Shown piece by piece: positions 32,678-40,975 of a stretch of 64,000 nucleotides of DNA; position 1 is the stretch's first letter, and the number at the start of each line of letters is the position of its first letter. The notes below the pieces were generated by a model that was given only the letters and a program-made list of their open reading frames with translations, had not been told where the DNA came from and did no database searches. This DNA comes from Phycisphaerae bacterium. Its GTDB lineage: Bacteria > Planctomycetota > Phycisphaerae > UBA1845 > JAFGLZ01. The stretch lies in NCBI GenBank assembly GCA_016927755.1, contig JAFGLZ010000104.1, forward strand, positions 1,737 through 65,736, given 5' to 3'. Made by a program: the position numbers and the translations under genes.

Positions 32678-33856
32678 ATGGCAAACATCGAGAAGACATC
32701 CGGAGCAGCCGACTTCCTTCGGCTGCCGATCGAGGAGATGGAGTCGATCTCCGCGCGGTTCGAGCAGCGCCTCAACGACGCGCAGAAGGCCGCCCCGCCG
32801 AGCAAGGACTGGGTCCGAAAGGCCTTTCGACGACAGGGCGCGCCCCGATGCCCGGTCCGACTCAAGCGCCTTTCGCTCGACGTCGTCGTTCGTTACGGCG
32901 ACGCGCTGGCCGACCTCTTCTGCGAGTATCCCGACGACGTGGTCTGCGTCGCGCCCTACGACATCACGATCGGCTATCAGCCGCCCGACAAGGCCGATCG
33001 CATCAATCCCGTTCGCGTCATGATGACCGACGCTCAGTGGACGGACGAATGGGGTACGCGTTGGGGCCACGCCTACGGCGGCGTCGGCGCGACGCCCGTC
33101 GACCACCCCATCAAGGACTGGTCGCAGTTGGACGATTACCTCGCCCACCGCGTGCCCGATCCGAACGCTCCCGGACGGCTTGACGACGCCCGGCGAGTCA
33201 TCGAGATGCACCGCGACTCGAAGTACTGCGTGGGCATGATCCACCTGACGCTCTTCGAGCGCATGCACGCGTTGCGTGGCATGGAGCCGCTCTTCATGGA
33301 CTTCTACACGAGCGAGCCGGAGGTTCGCCGCCTGTCGGAAACGCTCACCGATTACGTCGTCCAACTCGTCCACCAGTGGGCCAAGATCGGCGTCGACGCC
33401 CTGCTCTTCACCGACGACTGGGGCACGCAGACCTCGATGATGATCGCCGTGGACATGTGGAAGGAGTATTTCGAAGCTCCGTACCGCAGGACGTTCGACG
33501 AGGTTCACCGCCACGGCATGGACGTGATCTTCCACAGTTGCGGAAACGTCACCGACATTGTGGCGAACCTTGCGGACGTCGGCGTCGACGTGGTCGACCC
33601 CATCCAGCCCGGGGCCATGGACCCGCAGGAGGTCGCCCGGCGATTTGGCGGCAAGGTGGCGTTCTCCGGCGGCATCGACGACCAGCGGCTCGTTTCGCAT
33701 ACGCCGCAACGGCTCAAGGACGAGGTCCGGCGAACGATCGACACGCTCGGATCGCCCTTCGGCGGAGCCTACCTCGTCGGGCCCGCCAACGTCATGACGC
33801 CCGAGATCCCGATCGAGAACCTCCGGGCGTTGTTCGAGGCCTGCCACAACCAGTAG
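32678..33856 (+). CDS. Uroporphyrinogen-decarboxylase (URO-D)-like superfamily protein of unknown substrate
   Basis: TIM-barrel URO-D / MtaA-CmuA-like pattern: ...LFTDDWGTQTSMMIAVDMW..., FHSCGNV, VDVVDPIQPGAMD. ATG at 32678 with AAGGAG upstream. The ORF-track N-terminal 177 codons are discarded. Confidence 0.6.
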   Translation: MANIEKTSGAADFLRLPIEEMESISARFEQRLNDAQKAAPPSKDWVRKAFRRQGAPRCPVRLKRLSLDVVVRYGDALADLFCEYPDDVVCVAPYDITIGYQPPDKADRINPVRVMMTDAQWTDEWGTRWGHAYGGVGATPVDHPIKDWSQLDDYLAHRVPDPNAPGRLDDARRVIEMHRDSKYCVGMIHLTLFERMHALRGMEPLFMDFYTSEPEVRRLSETLTDYVVQLVHQWAKIGVDALLFTDDWGTQTSMMIAVDMWKEYFEAPYRRTFDEVHRHGMDVIFHSCGNVTDIVANLADVGVDVVDPIQPGAMDPQEVARRFGGKVAFSGGIDDQRLVSHTPQRLKDEVRRTIDTLGSPFGGAYLVGPANVMTPEIPIENLRALFEACHNQ

Positions 33857-33903
33857 GATCTGAATCGACCGGGAGGACGGCTCTTGGCGAGCCCTTACCG
33901 AGA

Positions 33904-34890
33904 ATGGAACACGATGTGATGAACAGTCTCAATCATGACCAGCTCCTGGCGCTCTACCGTCAGATGCAGGTCATCCGACAATGCGAGGAGGCGCTGGCGA
34001 AATCGCACCAGCGGGCCCTGATTCCAGGCGCGTGTCACCTCTACATCGGGCAGGAGGCGGTGGCCGCCGGCGTCTGCGCGCATCTGCGCGACGACGACGT
34101 CGTCTTCAGCACGCATCGCGGCCACGGCCACGCACTGGCCAAGGGCGTGCCGCCTCGTCAACTGGTCGCCGAGGTCTTCGGCCGGGCCACCGGGTGCTCG
34201 CGCGGTCGAGGCGGGAGCATGCACCTCTTCGCGCCCGAGTTCGGCATGATGGGCACCAGCGGCATCGTCGGCCCCTGCATCATCCAAGGCACGGGGGCGG
34301 GGTACAGCTTCAAGCTCATGAAGACGGATCGCGTCTCGGTGGTCTTCTTCGGCGACGGCGCGGCGAACAACGGCGCTTTCCACGAAGCGCTGAACATGGC
34401 GAGCATCTGGAAGCTGCCGGTCTTGTTTGTTTGTGAGAACAACCACTACGCCACCGAGGTGGCCTTCACCTATGCCTGCGGCAGCCCCACCGTTGCCCAG
34501 AGGGCCGGCGGCTATGGGATGCCCGGCGTGCAGGTCGACGGCAACGACGTGCTGGCCGTCCATGCGGCCGCCGATGAGGCCGTCCAACGGGCGCGGACCG
34601 GCGGCGGGCCCACGCTGATCGAATGCCTGACGTACCGCATCCGCCCGCATTGCGAGGGGATGCAGGACTTCGGCTATCGAACGCGGGAGGAGGTCGAGCA
34701 GTGGAAGGCTCGGTGCCCGATTGCCGGCTTCAGGCAGTCCCTGTTGTCCAGTGGTGGAGCGACGGAGGCCGAGCTGGCATCGATCGACGCGGAGGTCAAA
34801 GAGCTGATCACCGACGCCGTCCAGTTCGCCGAGGCCAGCCCCTGGCCCGACCCGGCAACGGCCGCCGAGCACGTCTTCGCCGAGGCCTGA
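33904..34890 (+). CDS. Thiamine-diphosphate-dependent 2-oxoacid (pyruvate/acetoin) dehydrogenase E1 alpha subunit
   Basis: YRQMQVIRQCEE, CHLYIGQEAVAAG, STHRGHGHALAKG, GGSMH, and the TPP motif FFGDGAANNGAFHEALNMASIWKLPVLFVCENN. The start is uncertain (ATG at 33904 or 33919). Confidence 0.85.
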   Translation: MEHDVMNSLNHDQLLALYRQMQVIRQCEEALAKSHQRALIPGACHLYIGQEAVAAGVCAHLRDDDVVFSTHRGHGHALAKGVPPRQLVAEVFGRATGCSRGRGGSMHLFAPEFGMMGTSGIVGPCIIQGTGAGYSFKLMKTDRVSVVFFGDGAANNGAFHEALNMASIWKLPVLFVCENNHYATEVAFTYACGSPTVAQRAGGYGMPGVQVDGNDVLAVHAAADEAVQRARTGGGPTLIECLTYRIRPHCEGMQDFGYRTREEVEQWKARCPIAGFRQSLLSSGGATEAELASIDAEVKELITDAVQFAEASPWPDPATAAEHVFAEA

Positions 34891-34902
34891 GAGAGACAAC
34901 CC

Positions 34903-35880
34903 ATGCGCGACATCACCTATATGCAAGCGACGCTCGAGGCCCTGTCGGAGGAGATGGCCAGAAACCCGGCGATCTTCGTCATGGGCGAAGGCATCGGTAA
35001 ACGCGGCGGGAACTTCAACACGACCAAGGGCCTGTACGATCTCTACGGCCCCGAGCGACTGTGCGATACGCCTATCTGCGAACGCGGCTTCGTCGGGCTG
35101 GCGGCCGGAGCGGCCATGGCCGGCGCGCGACCCGTGATCGACTTCATGTTCGCCGACTTCGTCCTCGACGGCGTGGGCGAGATCATCAACCAGATCGCCA
35201 AGATCCAGTACATGAGCAGCGGACGGCTCAAGATGCCCGTCTTGCTGCGAGGCTGCGTGGGGATCGGACACTCCGCCGCCACGCACCATTCGGGGAACCA
35301 CTACCCGATGTACGCTCACTTCCCGGGCCTTCGCGTCGTGGTCCCGTCGACGCCGTATGATGCCAAGGGGTTGCTCAAACGGGCCTTGACCTGCGACGAT
35401 CCGGTGATGTTCCTGGAGCACCGATCGCTGCTGACGGTCAAGGGTCCGGTGCCCGAGGAGGAGTATCAGGTCGACTTCGGAAAGGCATCGGTGGTCCGCG
35501 AGGGCTCCGACGTCACGGTTGTGGCGATCGCCTACATGGTGCACCAGACGCTCGCGGTCCGCGAGCAGTTGGCGGCCGAGGGCGTGTCGGTGGAGATCGT
35601 CGACCCGCGGACCGTCGCGCCGCTGGACGTCGACACGATCCTGCAATCGGTCCGAAAGACCGGGCGGCTGCTGATCATCGACGAGGCCTTCGCGCCGTGC
35701 GGCATCGGCGCCGAGATCGCCGCCCAGGTGGTCGATCGGGGGTTCGACGACCTCGACGCGCCGATCCGACGGCTGAACGGCACGCACACGCCGACGCCCT
35801 ACAGCCCCCCGCTGGAGGCCGCCGTCGTGCCGAATCCGGAAAGGATCGCGCAAGCGATCCGCGATCTGTTGGAAGAGTAG
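34903..35880 (+). CDS. 2-oxoacid dehydrogenase E1 beta subunit
   Basis: ITYMQATLEALSEEMARNPAIFVMGEGIG ... RLCDTPICERGFVGLAAGAAMAGARP ... typical transketolase-like pyrimidine-binding and C-terminal domains. Confidence 0.9.
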   Translation: MRDITYMQATLEALSEEMARNPAIFVMGEGIGKRGGNFNTTKGLYDLYGPERLCDTPICERGFVGLAAGAAMAGARPVIDFMFADFVLDGVGEIINQIAKIQYMSSGRLKMPVLLRGCVGIGHSAATHHSGNHYPMYAHFPGLRVVVPSTPYDAKGLLKRALTCDDPVMFLEHRSLLTVKGPVPEEEYQVDFGKASVVREGSDVTVVAIAYMVHQTLAVREQLAAEGVSVEIVDPRTVAPLDVDTILQSVRKTGRLLIIDEAFAPCGIGAEIAAQVVDRGFDDLDAPIRRLNGTHTPTPYSPPLEAAVVPNPERIAQAIRDLLEE

Positions 35881-35883
35881 AGA

Positions 35884-35918
35884 GATAGGGTTTAGGGGCT
35901 AGGGTTTAGGGTCTAGTG
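35884..35918 (+). repeat. NNTAGGG heptamer array (G-rich arm)
   Basis: gatAGGG tttAGGG gctAGGG tttAGGG tctAGtg with exact 7-nt period, immediately after the E1-beta stop. Confidence 0.8.
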
Positions 35919-35988
35919 CACGGGGACCGACCGGGATGATGCTGTCCGAAAGATGCACGTTGACGAAGAACGTGACGCCGCTGCCACA

Positions 35989-36016
35989 CCCTAGACCCTG
36001 AACCCTAGACCCTGTT
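35989..36016 (+). repeat. CCCTANN heptamer array (C-rich arm, inverted copy of 35884..35918)
   Basis: CCCTAga CCCTgaa CCCTAga CCCTgtt with exact 7-nt period. It is the reverse complement of the NNTAGGG family and ends 22 nt before the E2-E3 ATG. Confidence 0.8.
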
Positions 36017-36038
36017 GTTCTCCATGAGGAAGTCCGCA

Positions 36039-38738
36039 ATGGCATACCCGATCACTGTTCCCCGTCTGGGCTGGGAAATGGAAGAGGCCGTCTTCGTCGA
36101 GTGGCTCAAGAAGGAGGGCGAGCCGGTCAAGGAGGGCGAGCCGCTTTTCGTCCTGGAAGGCGACAAGGCGGTTCAAGAGGTGGAGGCAATCGACAGCGGC
36201 ATCCTTCGGATCCCGCCCGACGCTCCGAACCCGGGCGACACGGTCGTCGTCGGCGCCATTCTGGGCTATCTCGTGGAACCGGGCGAGGAAGCGCCGCTCG
36301 AGACATCAGGAGCAGCCGTGGCCCCCAACACCCGGCCGACCTCGGCGGGCTCGCCCGCGCCTGCATCGCCGACAATCGCTCCGTCCGTCGCCACTGAGCC
36401 CCTACGCGCAATCTCCGCAACGACCCGCCGCGGGCCGACCATCAGCCCCCGAGCCGCGCGACTCGCCGCCGAGCTCGGCGTCGAGTGGTCGCGTCTCCAC
36501 GGCACCGGCAAGACCGGACGCATTCGCGAGCGGGATGTCCGCGCGGCCGCTGCCACGGCGACGAAGGTCGCGCCCGCCGCGGGACCCGCCGGACTCGCCC
36601 CCGACCTGGCCTTCTCGGGTCGCGCGATACCCGTCGGCCCGGTCCGAAGACGAATCGCCGACCGCATGGCCGCCAGCGCCCACACGACGGCTCCCGTCAC
36701 GCTGACGACCACCGCCGACGTGACCCGCCTCGTCGCCCTCCGCGCTCAACTCAAGGGCGAGCAGCGAGCCGACGACGAGCCCGTCCCCAGCTACACCGAC
36801 ATGATCGTCAAGTTGACCGCCGCGACGCTCGGCGATCACCCGATGCTCAACGCCCGCTGGGCCGACGACAAGATCGTCCTGCCCGACGGAGTCCACGTCG
36901 GCGTCGCCGTCGACACCGACGCCGGGCTGCTCGTGCCCGTCGTCCGCGACACCCCCGGGCTGAGCCTGCGCCAGCTCGCGGTCCGGTCGCGCGATCTGAT
37001 CGATCGCGCCCGAAGGCGCCGCCTAGCGCCCGACGAGATGCAGGGCGGCACGTTCACCGTCAGCAACCTGGGCTCGTTCGGCGTCGAGGCCTTCACGCCG
37101 ATCATCAACCTGCCGGAGTGCGCCATCCTCGGCCTGGGGCGCATCCGCCGCGAGCCCGTCCTCGTCGACGATCGCGTCGAGCCCCGCGACACGATGGCGC
37201 TCAGCCTTACGTTCGATCACCGCGTCGTCGACGGCGGACCGGCCGCTCGCTTCCTCGACGCCGTCCGCTCCGCGATCGAACAGCCGGACCTCCTCGAGGA
37301 GGACGAGTCGGACGCCGCCGCCGCGCCGGCCTCTCAGAGTCACGCCATTGCCGCGTCGACCGAGCCACGCGAAGCGGTCATCATCGGCGCCGGCCCCGGC
37401 GGATACGTCGCCGCCCTCCGCATCGCCGCGATGGGCGGCAAGGCGACGCTCATCGAACGAAGCTGCGTCGGCGGCGTCTGTCTCAACACGGGCTGCATCC
37501 CCACCAAGGCCATGCTGCATGTGGCCAAGCTGTACTCCGACTTGAAGACCGCCGCGTCCGTGGGCATCGAGGCCGGCGACGTCCGCCTCGACTTCGCCAA
37601 GGTCGTCGCCCACAAGGACAAGGTCGTCGCCGGGTTGACCAAGGGGCTGGGCGCGCTGCTCAAGGGACGAAACGTCAACGTGGTCGCCGGCCGGGGACGA
37701 TTGATCGAGCCGCACACGGTTGGCGTCGATTCGCCCGACGGCGTCCTGCGGATCCCCGCGCCGAACGTCATTCTGGCCACCGGCACGATCCCGGCGCCTC
37801 TGCCCGGCCTCGATATCGACGGGGAGCGGATCCTCAACACCGATCAGGCGCTGGCCATGCAAGCGCTGCCCGAATCGGCGCTGATCATCGGCGCGGGCCC
37901 CAACGGGGTGGAGTTCGCCACGATGCTGGCCGAGTTCGGCAGCAGCGTCACCCTCGTCGAGGCGATGGACCGCGTCCTGCCCACGGTCGACGCCGACGCG
38001 GCGAAGGAAGTGGCCAAGTCGCTCAAGAAACGCCGCGTCACCGTCCACTGCGGCACGAAGGTCGACGGCGTCAACCGGCGCGACGACGGTTTGGCGATCC
38101 GGCTCGACAACGGCCAGACGGTCGAGGCGGCGATCGTGATCGTCGCGATCGGCCGTCGCACGCGGATTGACGACCTCGGCCTCGACGAGGCAGGGGTTCG
38201 CCACGACGGGCGGTTCATCCAGATCGACGAGCGATGCGCCACCACCGCCCCCGGCGTCTACGCCATCGGCGACATCACCGGCAAGGGCCCATACGCCCAC
38301 GTTGCCTATCGCCAGGGCACCGTGGCCGCGAGCAATATCATGGGCGTGGCGATGACCGAGGACTACCGGGTCGTGCCGACGGTCGTGTTCTCGCACCCGG
38401 AACTGGCGCAGGTGGGTCTCGGCGAGGACGCCGCCCGCGCGGCCGGAGTAGAGATCGAGACGGGCCGGTTCCGCTATCAGGCCAGCGGCGCCGCCCAGGC
38501 CTTCGGTCAACCCGAGGGGTTCTGTAAACTGGTAGCGGAGGCCGGTTCGAGGCGCGTTCTCGGGGCGACGATGGTCGGCTTCCGCGCCGCGGAGGTCATC
38601 CATGAGGTGGCCGTCGCGATCCGCGCCGGCATGACCGTCGGCGAGATCGCCGAGACGATTCACGCGCACCCGTCGCTGGCTGAGCCGGTGGTCGAGGCCG
38701 CCGACGCGCTATTGGGGATGCCGCTGCACTCGCTATGA
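36039..38738 (+). CDS. Fused dihydrolipoamide acyltransferase (E2) and dihydrolipoyl dehydrogenase (E3)
   Basis: Lipoyl domain with LEGDKAV. E3-binding domain PRAARLAAELGVEWSRLHGTGKTGRIRERDV. E2 catalytic domain with LTFDHRVVDGG. Linker EEDESDAAAAPASQSHAIAASTEPRE. Then a complete E3 (IIGAGPGGYVAA, redox disulfide CLNTGCIPTK, IIGAGPNGVEF, HAHPSLAE). No stop between the two parts. ATG at 36039 with GAGGAAG upstream. Confidence 0.85.
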   Translation: MAYPITVPRLGWEMEEAVFVEWLKKEGEPVKEGEPLFVLEGDKAVQEVEAIDSGILRIPPDAPNPGDTVVVGAILGYLVEPGEEAPLETSGAAVAPNTRPTSAGSPAPASPTIAPSVATEPLRAISATTRRGPTISPRAARLAAELGVEWSRLHGTGKTGRIRERDVRAAAATATKVAPAAGPAGLAPDLAFSGRAIPVGPVRRRIADRMAASAHTTAPVTLTTTADVTRLVALRAQLKGEQRADDEPVPSYTDMIVKLTAATLGDHPMLNARWADDKIVLPDGVHVGVAVDTDAGLLVPVVRDTPGLSLRQLAVRSRDLIDRARRRRLAPDEMQGGTFTVSNLGSFGVEAFTPIINLPECAILGLGRIRREPVLVDDRVEPRDTMALSLTFDHRVVDGGPAARFLDAVRSAIEQPDLLEEDESDAAAAPASQSHAIAASTEPREAVIIGAGPGGYVAALRIAAMGGKATLIERSCVGGVCLNTGCIPTKAMLHVAKLYSDLKTAASVGIEAGDVRLDFAKVVAHKDKVVAGLTKGLGALLKGRNVNVVAGRGRLIEPHTVGVDSPDGVLRIPAPNVILATGTIPAPLPGLDIDGERILNTDQALAMQALPESALIIGAGPNGVEFATMLAEFGSSVTLVEAMDRVLPTVDADAAKEVAKSLKKRRVTVHCGTKVDGVNRRDDGLAIRLDNGQTVEAAIVIVAIGRRTRIDDLGLDEAGVRHDGRFIQIDERCATTAPGVYAIGDITGKGPYAHVAYRQGTVAASNIMGVAMTEDYRVVPTVVFSHPELAQVGLGEDAARAAGVEIETGRFRYQASGAAQAFGQPEGFCKLVAEAGSRRVLGATMVGFRAAEVIHEVAVAIRAGMTVGEIAETIHAHPSLAEPVVEAADALLGMPLHSL

Positions 38739-39697
38739 GCAAGACGACCGGACAAGACGACCGCGCCGCGGACCTCGAGCCTTCGCCCGCGCCGACCGAT
38801 CGACCCGGGCGGCGGCTACCGCCGTGGCTGAAGAAGCGTCTGCCGGCCGGCAAGACGCTCGCCGAGACGACGCGCTCGGTTCGATCAGCCGGTCTGGCGA
38901 CCGTGTGCGAGGCGGCTCGATGCCCCAATCACGCCGAGTGCTGGTCGCGCCGCGTCGTGACGTTCATGATCATGGGGCGGCATTGCACTCGGCGCTGCGC
39001 GTTCTGCGCCGTGGACCACGGGGCGCCGGGGCCCTTGGATCCGGACGAGCCGCGTCGCGTGGCCGAGGCCGCCGCGGAGCTAGGCGTGCGGCACGTCGTG
39101 GTCACGTCGGTGACGCGGGACGACCTGTCGGACGAGGGCGCGGGCGCGTTCGCCCGGACGGTCGAAGCGCTCAGAGCCCGCCTCGATAGCGTCACCGTCG
39201 AGGTGTTGCCGCCCGACATGCACGCCCGCATCGACTGCATCGACCGCGTGTGCGCGGCCGGGCCCGCCGTGTTCAATCACAATCTAGAGACGGTCGCGTC
39301 GCTGGCGCCTCGGATCCGGCCGCAGGCCGACTACGCCCGATCGCTCGAGGTCCTGCGAATCGTCAAGCGCCGCCACCCGGACATCGTGACTAAGACCGGA
39401 TTGATGGTGGGCCTCGGTGAGACGGTTGACGAGATCCACGCCGCGCTGGCCGACGCCCGAGCCGCCGGCTGCGACGTCGTCACCATCGGCCAGTACCTCC
39501 AACCCACGCGCACGCACCTGCCCGTCGTCCGGTACTACCGGCCCGAGGAATTCGACGCCCTGGCCGATCGGGCCCGGGATCTGGGTTTCGCCTCCGTGAT
39601 GTCCGGTCCGTTCGTTCGGTCGAGCTATCGGGCTGGTGAGGCGATGGTTGACGCCCAATGCGTCGGAGGGGCCGGATCAACGAGCGTTCGAGAGTAG
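38735..39697 (+). CDS. lipA: Lipoyl synthase
   Basis: CEAARCPNHAECW, radical-SAM CTRRCAFC, and GLMVGLGET. Its start overlaps the E2-E3 stop (ATGA). Confidence 0.95.
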   Translation: MSKTTGQDDRAADLEPSPAPTDRPGRRLPPWLKKRLPAGKTLAETTRSVRSAGLATVCEAARCPNHAECWSRRVVTFMIMGRHCTRRCAFCAVDHGAPGPLDPDEPRRVAEAAAELGVRHVVVTSVTRDDLSDEGAGAFARTVEALRARLDSVTVEVLPPDMHARIDCIDRVCAAGPAVFNHNLETVASLAPRIRPQADYARSLEVLRIVKRRHPDIVTKTGLMVGLGETVDEIHAALADARAAGCDVVTIGQYLQPTRTHLPVVRYYRPEEFDALADRARDLGFASVMSGPFVRSSYRAGEAMVDAQCVGGAGSTSVRE

Positions 39698-40117
39698 AGC
39701 AGGGACGCCCCATTCCCACATCTCACGAACGTCAAGAGGCATGCGCCATGCCACTTCCAATAGGGGTCGAACGGCACATTCCTTTCCGGGGGTGCGAGCA
39801 GGTGACGGGGGACTAGAAAGCGCGACGGCGAATCCGTGAACGATCTCTTGACCTCACGGCCCAAGCATCCACCGCGAGCCCGATCAGGCAGGCGAGGAAA
39901 CCGCTGACGCTGAGGGAGGAGGCACCACTTCAGGTCTCAGTCCCCCGGGAACATCCCCACGCGCAAGAACGCTGCCAACAGCGGATAGTCCGGAAGCCGG
40001 CGAGCGACTATGCAACCTGCTCCAAGGGTCGCGGCCGCTCACATGTCATCCAAGGCAAGGCGACTCAACGCCGATCCAGGAAGAGCTAACGGTGTCCCGT
40101 CCCCGCCCGTTGCGTTT

Positions 40118-40975
40118 CTACCCGGTATTCTTCTTCCGGGGCCTTCGGGGAGTGGGTCGCCGCTTCTCGAAGTCCTGCTTTGCACGATAGATCGAATCCA
40201 CAAGCCTCGTGCACGCGGAGGTTATGCGGGCCAGAACCTTCAGCTGCTCTCTGCAAGCCGTGCTCTTCGTAGGCTTCGGATAATCGACCGTGTGCGACAC
40301 CTCGCCCCACAGCTCATCCGCAAGCGTCCGTACCTGCAGCTCGCATCGTACCCGGCTCGCGGTGCTGAGTTCAATGACGTAGTGAACACTACTGTACATC
40401 GTGTCACGAAGTTGCGTCTTGATCCCACGCTCCCTGAAATACTGTTCGCTCTCATGATCCCAGATGTGCGCAACCGGCCCCTCCACTAGCTTGTACTTCT
40501 GCTCCCGAAGTATTTCAAGGATGAGTCCGTTCATGTTGGCTATTTGATCCGTGTACAGATGAAGAATCCGAATACCGGCCAGGTCCGTAATCCTCTCAAA
40601 GAGATTCGGTACATTAGTTGCCGGCTTCCGCCCAGCCCTCTTCTCCTCAACTGCGCCTCTTTGGAGCTTGTCCCGAAGATGTCGCGGGTCCTTCACACGG
40701 TGTTTTATGAAGTGAATGTACTTCCTAAGTTCCGGATGGCTAGTGCACGCTGACATCACTGCCTCAGCCGCGATCTGAAAGAGGTGCATGTTGTCCCGAA
40801 AGTGCTTCACGCACTTCTCGATGCCCTTCTTTTCAGCACTGGTGAGAGTGATGTTGACGACCGATTTCCTTCGCCGTGGGTTGCGCATGGGTGCTTCATC
40901 AGCCTCTCGACTGCGCGACAATAGCTTTCGCAATGCTTCTGAACGCATGCAATGCCTGGGTCTTGTGGCTTTCAT
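40118..40975 (-). CDS. Stand-alone RelA/SpoT-domain nucleotide pyrophosphokinase (small alarmone synthetase / toxSAS-like)
   Basis: Synthetase motifs in order: HRVKDPRHLRDKL, DLAGIRILHLYTDQI, YSSVHYVIEL, ELQVRTLADELWGEVSH. No HD hydrolase domain. The start is uncertain: the ORF-track ATG at 40975 overlaps the ParA-like gene by 77 nt, and an alternative ATG at 40888 lies 10 nt after that gene's stop. Low GC. Confidence 0.8.
   Translation of the reverse strand: MKATRPRHCMRSEALRKLLSRSREADEAPMRNPRRRKSVVNITLTSAEKKGIEKCVKHFRDNMHLFQIAAEAVMSACTSHPELRKYIHFIKHRVKDPRHLRDKLQRGAVEEKRAGRKPATNVPNLFERITDLAGIRILHLYTDQIANMNGLILEILREQKYKLVEGPVAHIWDHESEQYFRERGIKTQLRDTMYSSVHYVIELSTASRVRCELQVRTLADELWGEVSHTVDYPKPTKSTACREQLKVLARITSACTRLVDSIYRAKQDFEKRRPTPRRPRKKNTG

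Noticed and set aside
35884-35918. TTTAGGG/CTAGGG units resembling eukaryotic telomeric repeats.
   Set aside because: There are only 4-5 units. They are internal to a bacterial operon spacer and paired with an inverted copy. This is treated as a bacterial intergenic repeat family, not a telomere or contamination.
40010-40489. 159-aa plus-strand ORF antisense to the 3' end of the RelA/SpoT gene, considered as a possible antitoxin.
   Set aside because: It is entirely antisense to conserved synthetase motifs. It has no RBS, and its sequence is low-complexity.
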